64,000 nucleotides of DNA from a virus. Shown one piece after another: positions 25,332 through 34,387 of the stretch. The number at the start of each line of letters is the position of its first letter. Within the stretch, counting starts at the first letter, position 1. Made by a program: the position numbers and the translations under genes. The stretch lies in IMG/VR virus record IMGVR_UViG_3300020039_000026; one strand, 5' to 3'. Below the pieces are notes generated by a model. The model saw only the letters and a program-made list of their open reading frames with translations. It had not been told where the DNA came from and did no database searches.

Positions 25332-25970
25332 ATGAATCTCAAAGAGTCATTTCGTTATCATAACTACTTGAACCAGATGATGAACCAAACATCCGGCTAC
25401 CTGGGCATCAACAACAACGTTACCAGAACAGTTCAGGTTCATCAGCGTAAGAAAGCCAATCCTGACGCAGAAGATGAGAAATTGGACGCGACGGCTGAGC
25501 GCACGCTTGGGGATTACAAAGTTGATGAAATCGTGCGGTTTTTCCAGGCGCTGGTCAATGAAAAGGTTCGTCTGTGCCATGCTGTCGAAACAGCAAAGCG
25601 TGGTTACAAACCCGCGTGCTTTGACGCGGAAATGGAGGCGAACAAAATTCGCCAGGACGCTGCGAGGACGCTGCGCCGAATGGCCGCTATCAAGAATACG
25701 GAAGCCTTGATAAACGGTCGCGATTATAAGTTCAACGCCAATGGAGATCAAGTCCCCTATATCTACGAAATCAAGTCCGTTACCACGATTGACTTCGACC
25801 GCAACCTTGTCCGCAATCTCGCAAAGGGTTTTACCGATGAGGCGAACAAGATCTCTGAAATGCTTGATCACGCTATGCTGGATATCGAGGTTGTTATCGA
25901 CCCGGTATTCAATATGACTGAAAGCTTTGAAGAATCTGTTGAATCATTCTTAAGCGCGGAAACCGCCTGA
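25332..25970 (+). CDS. Hypothetical protein
   Basis: ATG at 25332 (MLMNLKESF) preceded by AAAGGAAG. 212 aa. Confidence 0.45.
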   Translation: MNLKESFRYHNYLNQMMNQTSGYLGINNNVTRTVQVHQRKKANPDAEDEKLDATAERTLGDYKVDEIVRFFQALVNEKVRLCHAVETAKRGYKPACFDAEMEANKIRQDAARTLRRMAAIKNTEALINGRDYKFNANGDQVPYIYEIKSVTTIDFDRNLVRNLAKGFTDEANKISEMLDHAMLDIEVVIDPVFNMTESFEESVESFLSAETA

Positions 25971-25994
25971 TTTTACAAGGCGCTTTCGTGCATT

Positions 25995-26438
25995 GCCCGC
26001 CCCTTTCAGGGCTGAAGATTATGCGAAGTGAACACCGCTTCAGCCGCAGATGAAGTATGATGCTGCGGAAAATAGGGATTCAACTCTTCCCGAATGGGAA
26101 AGGTTTTGTTCCGTCTTTCGCGTGGGAAGTCCTACGTTCCAGAAATGCAAATGTTTTAGTTGGGTTGATTTCCAACTACTGTATGTATTTATTATTAATG
26201 CAAGATAAAAAGCACTTCTTAAGCTTTTTAGAAGATAACAATATGCGTTTCGTCATACATCCAACGTTCGTTCACACATCGCAAATACTACATTACGAAA
26301 TCCGTTATTCACTCAAGCGTTTCGTTATTCGCCATTTTTAAAGCAGATATTGGCTGTATAACAGTCGCTATATTTTGAACAATTAACAATTTTCGGGTGT
26401 AAACTAAACATCTTCTTCAGTCCTGAAAGGGGCGGGGC
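25995..26438. repeat. AT-rich 440-bp noncoding segment bounded by 16-bp long-range inverted repeat GCCCGCCCCTTTCAGG / CCTGAAAGGGGCGGGGC. MITE-like or regulatory.
   Basis: Inverted-repeat arms at 25995-26010 and 26422-26438, read directly. Interior has no credible ORF and is more AT-rich than its flanks. Confidence 0.4.
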
Positions 26439-26466
26439 TTTTCTTATCTGAGCGAAAGGAGGCTTT

Positions 26467-26688
26467 ATGAGGTCACAATTGGTTTATAAAAAAATCGGCC
26501 ATGAATTGCTGGCGAATAATATGGATACACAGATGCTCGCAGAGGCGACCGGGATCCCATATTATACGCTAAGAAGCCGATTTCGAGGGGAGTCTTCTTT
26601 CACCCTGGATGACGCAATCAGGATACATAAAGTCATCGGTTCGCACATGTCTATTGAACAATTATTTGAGAGAGATGATGTCCATTGA
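26467..26688 (+). CDS. Small helix-turn-helix DNA-binding regulator candidate
   Basis: 73 aa. LAEATGIPYYTLRSRFRGESSFTLDDAIRI looks like an HTH recognition region. AAAGGAGG RBS. Confidence 0.4.
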   Translation: MRSQLVYKKIGHELLANNMDTQMLAEATGIPYYTLRSRFRGESSFTLDDAIRIHKVIGSHMSIEQLFERDDVH

Positions 26689-27833
26689 TCTATTTAGACA
26701 ACGCGGCTACCACGCCATGCTCAAGGCGTGTCGTCGAAGAAATGCTCCCTTATTTTGAAACCAACTTTGGAAATCCGGAAAGCCTTCATGAAGCAGGGAG
26801 CATTTTACATGATCCAATCTATCAGGCCAGGATGTATGTCTCCGGCCTGTTTGGCGATCATCAGTGGCCTCATGTTGTATTTACATCAGGCGGCACAGAA
26901 GCCAATAATTTGGCTATTCTCGGCGCATCCAGGCGTCTTCTGGCGTCCGGAAAGACGCACTTGATAACTTCTATGACCGAGCACAAATCCGTTCTGGAGG
27001 CGTTCAGAAGGCTTGAAAATCAAGGCTTCCAGGTGACTTACCTAAAGCCTATCGAGCATGGTCTTATTACCGCTGAGCAGGTAAAGAACGCTCTTCGTTC
27101 CAATACCGGTTTTGTGTCCATTATGTTTGTAAATAACGAAACAGGGTGTGTCAATCAGGTAGCTGCCATTGGCAGGCTCCTCGATAAAAGGAATGTTTTA
27201 TTCCATGTTGACTGCGTCCAGGCGGCCGGATGCTATGAGATCAACCATAGGAGTTTGTGCGCTGATTTTCTGACGGTTTCCGCTCATAAAATCAACGGGC
27301 CAAAGGGAATTGGAGCGCTTTGGGTCAGATCGGCTGACCTAATCAACCCCATTCTTTGCGGCGGAGAGCAGGAGATGTTCCTTCGTCCAGGCACGCAGAA
27401 CGTACCGGGTATTATCGGGTTCGGCGAGGCAGCCAAGGCCGTCACCTCATTGCAGTTTGAACGCGCCGTTCACATCAGGCAGCTTGAAGAGCATTTATTC
27501 CGCCTGCTCAAAAACGGCCTGGAAGGATTCTACAGGAATTTTTCTTCCACATTTACCTGCCCAAAGGTTGCCAGCTACTTTTTTGACGGCGTTGACGGGG
27601 AAACGCTCTCAGCAGCCCTGAGTCTTCGCGGTGTTTGCGTATCCACAGGCGCTGCCTGTAACTCTCAGTCATCGGAGCCGAGCTACGTTCTTCTGGCATC
27701 CGGGCTGACTCCACAGGAAGCCTCCCAAACAATCCGGGTGTCTTTTTCGGACCAAAATACAATGGAAGAAATGGAAGAAGCCGCCGATATTATTATCGAT
27801 ACGGTCAGTTTTTTAAGAAACAGAGCCGCTTAA
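26685..27833 (+). CDS. Cysteine desulfurase (NifS/IscS/DndA-type aminotransferase class V)
   Basis: IYLDNAATTP N-terminus, PLP-lysine motif SAHKINGPKGIGAL, C-terminal active-site-region Cys (TGAACNS). 382 aa. Confidence 0.75.
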   Translation: MIYLDNAATTPCSRRVVEEMLPYFETNFGNPESLHEAGSILHDPIYQARMYVSGLFGDHQWPHVVFTSGGTEANNLAILGASRRLLASGKTHLITSMTEHKSVLEAFRRLENQGFQVTYLKPIEHGLITAEQVKNALRSNTGFVSIMFVNNETGCVNQVAAIGRLLDKRNVLFHVDCVQAAGCYEINHRSLCADFLTVSAHKINGPKGIGALWVRSADLINPILCGGEQEMFLRPGTQNVPGIIGFGEAAKAVTSLQFERAVHIRQLEEHLFRLLKNGLEGFYRNFSSTFTCPKVASYFFDGVDGETLSAALSLRGVCVSTGAACNSQSSEPSYVLLASGLTPQEASQTIRVSFSDQNTMEEMEEAADIIIDTVSFLRNRAA

Positions 27834-27847
27834 GGAGGTGAAGACGA

Positions 27848-28306
27848 TTGACCAAAGATCAGTGCAAGCTCGAAACGATCAAGCATATTGAGAATGTGCG
27901 AAGATATATCCGCATGTTCACGGACAGGCTTACACAGCGCGGCGTAGATCATGACAAACCGAAGCTGGAGCCGCCTGAGCTCGATATTTTCACTCAGTAT
28001 ACGCCTATGCTGGCGGAGCTGCAGTATGGGTCCGAAGAATATCAGGACTGCATCAAAAATATGAATGTCGCTCTTGAGCACCACTATGCCAATTGCCGTC
28101 ATCATCCTGAGCACTTTGCCAACGGCATCAATGATATGGACTTGATTGATATCGTTGAGATGTTCTGCGATTGGAAGGCCGCGACGCTCAGGCAGAACAA
28201 CGGAAATCTGCTCAAGAGTATCGACATTAACGCCGAAAGGTTTGGCTATGATGAACAGCTCAAGCAGATTTTCATCAATACGGCCAGAATTTTCGACGAC
28301 ATATAA
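27848..28306 (+). CDS. Hypothetical His-rich protein
   Basis: 152 aa containing HHYANCRHHPEHF. GGAGGTGAAGACGATTG upstream (TTG start per ORF track). Confidence 0.4.
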   Translation: MTKDQCKLETIKHIENVRRYIRMFTDRLTQRGVDHDKPKLEPPELDIFTQYTPMLAELQYGSEEYQDCIKNMNVALEHHYANCRHHPEHFANGINDMDLIDIVEMFCDWKAATLRQNNGNLLKSIDINAERFGYDEQLKQIFINTARIFDDI

Positions 28307-28317
28307 GAATTAAAGGA

Positions 28318-29253
28318 GTGGTTAGCTTGGGATTTTTCATTATTGGTATCATTATCATTTTAGCGGGTATCGTTGGATGCGTATACGGAGCGATCGAGCA
28401 TGAGGGAGGCCCGAAGGCCGTCGGAGCGATCGCAGCGATCGTCGGCGTTGTCGTGTTTGCCATCAGCTTTTTCGGTCATGTGCCGACGGGGTATACGGGC
28501 ATCGTCACAACATTCGGCAAGGTTCACGATACCACACTGGATGCCGGTATCCATACAAAATCTCCGTTTGATACCGTCGTGACGATGGATAACCGGGAAC
28601 AGCGGCTGCCATTTGAGCTTCAGGCGTTCTCGTCCGATATTCAGGAAGTTTCCGTCAAGGGGTCTGTCACGCTGAATATCGATAAATCAACTGCTATGAC
28701 TCTGTACCGGGATGTTGGCACAGGGTATCTTGATATTCTTGTCAGACCGCGCATCGAAGAAGACGTAAAATCTATCTTTTCCAAATACACCGCAGAGGGT
28801 CTGATCTCCAACCGAAACGATTTGTCGGCATCAATCCTCTCTTTGATGCGCGGAGACCTTTCCGGCCGTGGGCTCAATATCATTTCCGTCGCCATCGAGA
28901 ATATTGACTTTACCGACGCCTTTACCAACGCTGTAGAAGCAAAGCAGGTTGCCAGCCAGGAACTTCAGAAGGCTAAAACGCAGCAGGAGCAGCAAACAAT
29001 GGAGGCGCAGCAGACTGCGGAACGGCAGAAGATCAAAGCCCAGGCCGACGCAGACGTAGCAAAAATCAACGCGGACGCGGACGCCTATGCTATTCGCACA
29101 AAGGCAGAAGCGGAAGCAGACGCAAATGAAAAGATTGCTAAATCCATCACGAATGACCTGATTGAGTACAACAAGTCCCTGCAATGGGATGGAAAGCTGC
29201 CAAGTGTTTATGGCGGAGGCGGGCTTCTTCCAATTCTGACCGGCGATGATTAA
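28318..29253 (+). CDS. SPFH/band-7 (stomatin/prohibitin/YqiK-like) membrane protein
   Basis: N-terminal TM helix, SPFH-like core (GYTGIVTTFGKVHDTTLDAGIHTKSPFDTV...), then an Ala/Gln/Glu-rich coiled coil. Confidence 0.65.
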   Translation: MVSLGFFIIGIIIILAGIVGCVYGAIEHEGGPKAVGAIAAIVGVVVFAISFFGHVPTGYTGIVTTFGKVHDTTLDAGIHTKSPFDTVVTMDNREQRLPFELQAFSSDIQEVSVKGSVTLNIDKSTAMTLYRDVGTGYLDILVRPRIEEDVKSIFSKYTAEGLISNRNDLSASILSLMRGDLSGRGLNIISVAIENIDFTDAFTNAVEAKQVASQELQKAKTQQEQQTMEAQQTAERQKIKAQADADVAKINADADAYAIRTKAEAEADANEKIAKSITNDLIEYNKSLQWDGKLPSVYGGGGLLPILTGDD

Positions 29254-29334
29254 TCAATAATCGCATAAATCCATAGGAATGGTAGTTGACTTTCATGAGC
29301 TGATCGAATACAATGAAAGTGGTGTTCACATTGA

Positions 29335-29565
29335 ATGAATAGTAAAAGGCGGGAGAAATTGCAAGCAGCTGTCGATCATCTCGGTCAGGCGGTATCTATC
29401 GTCGAAAGCGTTCGCGAAGAAGAAAAGGATTGCCTTGATAATATGCCGGAAAATCTACAGAATTCAGAACGTTACGAAGCGATGGAAGAAGCCGTTGACG
29501 CTTTGGAGGAAGCCATAGAAAGCATTAACGAAGCGAACGAGTCAATTGAACAGGCTTGCAAGTAA
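29335..29565 (+). CDS. Small acidic helical protein
   Basis: 76-aa ORF. Confidence 0.35.
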   Translation: MNSKRREKLQAAVDHLGQAVSIVESVREEEKDCLDNMPENLQNSERYEAMEEAVDALEEAIESINEANESIEQACK

Positions 29566-30413
29566 GCAAAATGGATTTTTTATGGGTTGTTGGAACCATT
29601 ATTCTGATTGGTTGGAAGATACACAAACGGTATCCTTGCGTAGTATCCTATATTCTTATCTATTTGGCGCTCACGGTTGGTCCGGTGGTGATTTGGGGGC
29701 ATAGCAACGAAATACTTGCAGGGATTCTTTCTGCTACGGGGATATGTTTGACGTATCCGTATATACAGCTTTTTTTGCACTGCATGGAGTTTCATCCGCA
29801 AGTAATAAAGGAAAGGATTGAAAAAATTGTAAAAGACAAGAAATGGGATATCGAACAATCCGTCCCCTCAGATCAGGAAATCTATGAGATCGTCAGCGAC
29901 GATGAATATTTCCACAAATACTATGACCAATTTTTCCACCATTCAATCCAGGATCATAATCTTCTTATCGATCCAGAAAGCTCATTTTACTATTTGAAAG
30001 ACAATATTGTTAAACAAAGAGCGACCTGGTTCTGGAGACAAAAGAAAATAGAAGAGATCGATAAATCTCTGGATCAAATCGAGGCAGAATACAGACGAGA
30101 GCTTGACTCGAAACGATGGTTTAAAAGGAAGCATAAGCAAACGGCTCCGCTCAAGGAATCAAAATTCTTTTCAGACGAGGTTCGCGAAAGAGTACAAAAG
30201 ATTGCCCCAACCAATAAACAGCTTGCTCATTTCATGTCCAAGCGTTATGTGCAGAATCGCAACGGTGCAATGAAAATGCATTCTCAGCAAGAATGGATAG
30301 AAATTTTTTCGTCCGACAGCCAAGCGTATCAGATTGCGCTCTCCTTATGGAGAGAGGAGTGCGCCAGAAGGATCATTGCGTCTGGCGAATGGCCTAATGG
30401 TTTTCACGAATAA
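29556..30413 (+). CDS. Hypothetical membrane-anchored protein
   Basis: 285 aa with two N-terminal TM helices. Lower GC than the core genes. Confidence 0.45.
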   Translation: MQVSKMDFLWVVGTIILIGWKIHKRYPCVVSYILIYLALTVGPVVIWGHSNEILAGILSATGICLTYPYIQLFLHCMEFHPQVIKERIEKIVKDKKWDIEQSVPSDQEIYEIVSDDEYFHKYYDQFFHHSIQDHNLLIDPESSFYYLKDNIVKQRATWFWRQKKIEEIDKSLDQIEAEYRRELDSKRWFKRKHKQTAPLKESKFFSDEVRERVQKIAPTNKQLAHFMSKRYVQNRNGAMKMHSQQEWIEIFSSDSQAYQIALSLWREECARRIIASGEWPNGFHE

Positions 30414-30437
30414 CTGAAAGGAATTAGTGCAGCAACG

Positions 30438-31103
30438 ATGGAACTTGTAGCCGGTGTGTTTTGGATCGCGTTAGGGATTTTTATCATTATTAAGAAGGGG
30501 GTTGCCGATGAAAGCAGATCCTCTTTGCTCGGTGCTGCCTGCGCGATATGGGCTTTCCTGAGTTTCTTCGTTTGCGGTAAAATCCTTGAGTTCACAGAAG
30601 GTTCTGTTATCTGCTTTTTCTTTGCGTCGCTGTCATGCGTATTCGCGCTTGTGTACGTGGCTTCAAATGACAAGCAGGGCGTTATGCGCCTGTTTCTCCG
30701 GCTGTTTGGATTCATTTTCACACCGATTGGTTTCATTGTCGAGTGTCTGAAATTCTTCACCGATCACACGTTCAATCCGTTTTCACTGGCGATATATGTG
30801 TTCTTCGCCTGCTATGATATCTATTGGTTCATAAAGAAAAAAGAATCAGAGTCCAAAGAGCAGGATAAGTTTTGCGAAGAAACAAAGAAAGAACATGGGG
30901 AATCAAATGATCGGCCTGCGGAATGTGATACCTGCGACCATTCTGAAAGAATTTGGATGAATGGCAGATTTGTAGAATCGGCGCAAGAAGAGGAGCACGG
31001 CGCTATGAATGAGCAGATCGCGAATAATAGCGACGAATATATATCCGACTATACTTCTTGTTATTCATCCTATCCGTTTAACGGAGACTCTCAAGATCCG
31101 TGA
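30438..31103 (+). CDS. Hypothetical multi-pass membrane protein with acidic C-terminal tail
   Basis: 221 aa with about 4 TM helices. Confidence 0.45.
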   Translation: MELVAGVFWIALGIFIIIKKGVADESRSSLLGAACAIWAFLSFFVCGKILEFTEGSVICFFFASLSCVFALVYVASNDKQGVMRLFLRLFGFIFTPIGFIVECLKFFTDHTFNPFSLAIYVFFACYDIYWFIKKKESESKEQDKFCEETKKEHGESNDRPAECDTCDHSERIWMNGRFVESAQEEEHGAMNEQIANNSDEYISDYTSCYSSYPFNGDSQDP

Positions 31104-31282
31104 TTTACGATTTTCGTAAATAATATACAATATTGCAACATTTTGTAGTGATTGTTCATGAAATTTACTCAAAACGCATATTATATCCAAATGAGCATCG
31201 AAATATATGATTCCTGAATTTTGGGTTTTAGGTGGCCCGTGGTATACTCAGCCCGTAATCAAGAACGAGCGAGGTATTCACT

Positions 31283-31714
31283 ATGGCTATCTATCCAAAC
31301 GACACAATCAGGAATCCCAAGATCGGCGATATCTATATGATGTCATTCGACGGGGAGGGCAGCGAGCAGGGCGGTTTGCGGCCTGGCATCGTTTTCCAAA
31401 ATAATATCGGCAACGCCCACAGCCCAAATCTGATTGCTCTCCCCCTTACATCCGCAATCAAAAAGATCAATCTTCCGACCCACGTTTATCTTCCGGCGAA
31501 AGATACAGGGCTTAGGCGGGACAGTATCGCGCTTTGTGAAAATCCGCAGCGCATGTCAAAAGCCCGCCTCGGCCGTTATATTACCCATTTGCCGGATTCC
31601 TATATGAAGCAAATCGCCGTAGCCAATCTCGTGGCTACATCCGCTATTTCTTTCATTGATTTCGATACCCTGGTCAAAACATGGGAGACCAGTGTTCGGT
31701 ACAACGCATCGTAA
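31283..31714 (+). CDS. MazF/PemK/Kid-family (CcdB/MazF fold) endoribonuclease toxin-like protein
   Basis: GDIYMMSFDGEGSEQGGLRPGIVFQNNIGNAHSPNLIALPLTS matches the PemK/MazF N-terminal signature (GD...RP.LVV..N...VIV.P.TS). 143 aa. Extended -10 TGGTATACT at 31241. Confidence 0.6.
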   Translation: MAIYPNDTIRNPKIGDIYMMSFDGEGSEQGGLRPGIVFQNNIGNAHSPNLIALPLTSAIKKINLPTHVYLPAKDTGLRRDSIALCENPQRMSKARLGRYITHLPDSYMKQIAVANLVATSAISFIDFDTLVKTWETSVRYNAS

Positions 31715-31981
31715 TCATTTATTCTTTATCCAGACAGCCGTTCCTGGCTGTCTTTTTTCGTACAGAAAAATAAACTGGAGGTATTGCTGTGTTCTATTTT
31801 CTACCATGGCAGCTTGCCGCTCTCGCTCTGTTTCTTCTTGTCGTCGGTATGCTGATATGGCGCGGTATTCATCTGTCCTGTGTCCATCGGCGCCTGCGCA
31901 GTGAGGCCAGATACCGCAGGCAGCGAACCCATAGCTTAAATAATTGGCAGCGTGGCTATTATCAGCAAAGGAGCTATTGAT

Positions 31982-32422
31982 ATGCAATCGCCGGTAATGC
32001 TTCACCGTGAGGCGGAGTTTGATACGTGCCATCCGGAGGATCACCTCTGCAAGTTCCTCGAATTCTGTTCTAACGTAGTCAGCCGTTACGAAGGAAATCT
32101 CAGAGAATGCGACGAGATGGAAAATACGCTGCAGGATCTTCTTCATTATGTTGAAATGACGGACGATGATGATCCAAATATTTGCCTTGCTATCAGAAAC
32201 GCACGCAGGCAGCGCAGGCTTTGCAAGAATGAAAACGATCTGCTCCAGCCCTTCTATGAATTCATCAGCGATAAAACGCTTGTCAATAAGCTGTCTCAGA
32301 TCCTTGGCAAGGTTCGCGCAGCTGATGAGCGTGTTACAAAAAGAACCTACATCGCCAGAACTGACGCATTGGAAAAGATCATCGACCGGGAAGAAAAGAC
32401 TGAGGCTGACGAGACGACTTAA
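31982..32422 (+). CDS. Hypothetical protein
   Basis: ATG at 31982 within ORF-track entry 31952-32422. Confidence 0.4.
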   Translation: MQSPVMLHREAEFDTCHPEDHLCKFLEFCSNVVSRYEGNLRECDEMENTLQDLLHYVEMTDDDDPNICLAIRNARRQRRLCKNENDLLQPFYEFISDKTLVNKLSQILGKVRAADERVTKRTYIARTDALEKIIDREEKTEADETT

Positions 32423-32436
32423 ATGGAGGATATGAA

Positions 32437-32973
32437 TTGACTACCAAAAAATATCTTGTTGTTATCGACATGCAGAATGATTTTATCGACGGTTCTCTTG
32501 GCACCAAAGAAGCTCAGGCTATTGTCCCGCGTGTCGTTGATCGAATCAAGGAATGTATCAATGAAGGTTACGAGGTATTCGCCACGCAGGACACACACGG
32601 CAACGATTACCTTGATACGACGGAGGGTAAATACCTTCCCGTGCGACACTGCATTGACGGAAGTCCGGGGCATGAAATCCCGCAGGAGATTCTGGAACTC
32701 ATTCCGCAAAACAATATCATCATCAAGAATACATTTGGCTCCATCCCGCTCGGATATACCCTTCAATGGCGACCGGCGGCCTGCGAAAATGTCATTATTG
32801 AATTGGTTGGCCTGTGCACGGATATCTGCGTTGTCACCAACGCGCTGCTTCTTAAAACGTTCCTTCCAAACGCAATCATTCGGGTCAACGCGGCTTGCTG
32901 TGCTGGCGTAACGCCAGAATTGCACGAAGCCGCGCTTAAAACAATGAAATCGTGCCAGATTGAAATCATTTAA
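32437..32973 (+). CDS. pncA: Nicotinamidase / isochorismatase-family cysteine hydrolase
   Basis: LVVIDMQNDF (Asp), IIKNTFGS (Lys) and GLCTDICV (Cys) form the isochorismatase/PncA catalytic triad. 178 aa. Confidence 0.7.
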   Translation: MTTKKYLVVIDMQNDFIDGSLGTKEAQAIVPRVVDRIKECINEGYEVFATQDTHGNDYLDTTEGKYLPVRHCIDGSPGHEIPQEILELIPQNNIIIKNTFGSIPLGYTLQWRPAACENVIIELVGLCTDICVVTNALLLKTFLPNAIIRVNAACCAGVTPELHEAALKTMKSCQIEII

Positions 32974-32984
32974 TCGGAGGTTTT

Positions 32985-33770
32985 ATGACTTATCGTTTTG
33001 ATCCAGTTCGTGTGCGGGATGAGCTTGTCTCTCAAATCAGAGAATACATGAACGGCCAGGGGATTGAAAGGGTTGTTGTCGGAATTTCTGGTGGTAAAGA
33101 CTCCACCGTCACTGCCGCCCTGTGCGTAAGAGCCCTCGGAAAAGAAAATGTATTCGGCGTTATGCTTCCCGATAAGGTTCAGTTGGATATATCCGATAGC
33201 TTAAAGGTATGCCGTGTGCTGGAAATTCCTCATACAGAAATCAACATTGGGGCTGCGCACATAGAGCTGCTCAGGGCAATTGACTTGGCGAATGATCGCA
33301 GTGAGCATGAATATTTCGATGTCCTCTTCTCTCCCGAAAGCGACATCAATATCGGTCCCAGGCTGCGTATGACAGCGCTCCGGTATATTACACAGGCACT
33401 CGGAGCACGGCTTGCCGGGACAGGGAATTTGTCCGAAATTACCGTCGGTTATTGCACGAAGGACGGAGATACTTCATGCGACCTCTCCGTTCTTGGGAAC
33501 TTGACCAGCGAGGAGGTCGTGCAGGTTGGCCTAACCATGGAAGAGCTTCCGCGTGAACTGGTCGTGAAGACTCCGTCCGACGGTCTCTCTGGTATGTGCG
33601 ACGAAGAGAAGCTCGGTATCCTCTATTCAGATATTCATCAATATATCCGTTTTGGAACAAGCGGAAACAGCGAGATTGATCTGAAAATATACCAAAAGCA
33701 TTGTGCGAATCTCCACAAGTTTATGAAGCCATATACGCTGATCCCGCCCGTATGGAGTGATGAATATTGA
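32985..33770 (+). CDS. nadE: NH3-dependent NAD+ synthetase
   Basis: PP-loop VVVGISGGKDSTVTAAL. Size and overall pattern match NadE. 261 aa. Confidence 0.8.
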   Translation: MTYRFDPVRVRDELVSQIREYMNGQGIERVVVGISGGKDSTVTAALCVRALGKENVFGVMLPDKVQLDISDSLKVCRVLEIPHTEINIGAAHIELLRAIDLANDRSEHEYFDVLFSPESDINIGPRLRMTALRYITQALGARLAGTGNLSEITVGYCTKDGDTSCDLSVLGNLTSEEVVQVGLTMEELPRELVVKTPSDGLSGMCDEEKLGILYSDIHQYIRFGTSGNSEIDLKIYQKHCANLHKFMKPYTLIPPVWSDEY

Positions 33771-34387
33771 AAAGAATACTTGCCTTCTTTGGCGCGTTTA
33801 ATCCCCCAACAAAAGCCCATATCGAATTGGCAGAACTCGCCATGAAGAAAACCTGCAGCGAAGAGGTTATCTTTATTCCATCGCAAAGTGAATATATTAC
33901 CGAGATTCAAAAGAAGAATTTCGCTTTTGAAGATGGCGAACGCATATATATGTTAGATAGCCTCATACAAAACCATCCTTGGCTTAACGTTTGCAATCAT
34001 GATATCGTAGCCGATATGCAGCCAAGGACATATGAGACGCTATGCTGGCTTCGGGATAGGTTCGGCATCAAGCCAAAGCTGCTAATTGGCGAGGATCAAT
34101 TTCTACAAATGGAAACTGCTTGGAAAAATGTGCCCGAGATAGCCAAAGAATTCGGCATTGTCGTTATGTCTCGGCCGTTTTCTTTCGCAAACTCATACAT
34201 CAAAAACACTCCGTTCTATCAAAGTATCGCGCAATATGTCACAGAAATAGAAGCGCCGTCCGCATACAAAGGAATGTCGTCAACAGACGTAAGAGAGCAT
34301 ATTCAACAGGCAAAGGCACATATTGATTCAATTAAGCGTATCGTGCCGGAGGAAGTCCTCCGCTATATCAAGGAGAATTACCTATGA
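33767..34387 (+). CDS. nadD: Nicotinate-nucleotide adenylyltransferase-like cytidylyltransferase
   Basis: FGAFNPPTKAHIEL (HxGH-type), MSSTDVRE (ISSTxIR-like) and VLRYIKENYL C-terminus are typical of NadD. 206 aa. Translationally coupled to both neighbours. Confidence 0.7.
   Translation: MKRILAFFGAFNPPTKAHIELAELAMKKTCSEEVIFIPSQSEYITEIQKKNFAFEDGERIYMLDSLIQNHPWLNVCNHDIVADMQPRTYETLCWLRDRFGIKPKLLIGEDQFLQMETAWKNVPEIAKEFGIVVMSRPFSFANSYIKNTPFYQSIAQYVTEIEAPSAYKGMSSTDVREHIQQAKAHIDSIKRIVPEEVLRYIKENYL

Noticed and set aside
31104-31282. ToxI-like repeat RNA antitoxin upstream of the MazF-like gene (type III toxin-antitoxin)
   Set aside because: No tandem repeats of any period are visible in the 180 bp upstream. 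The protein motif fits PemK/MazF rather than ToxN/AbiQ.
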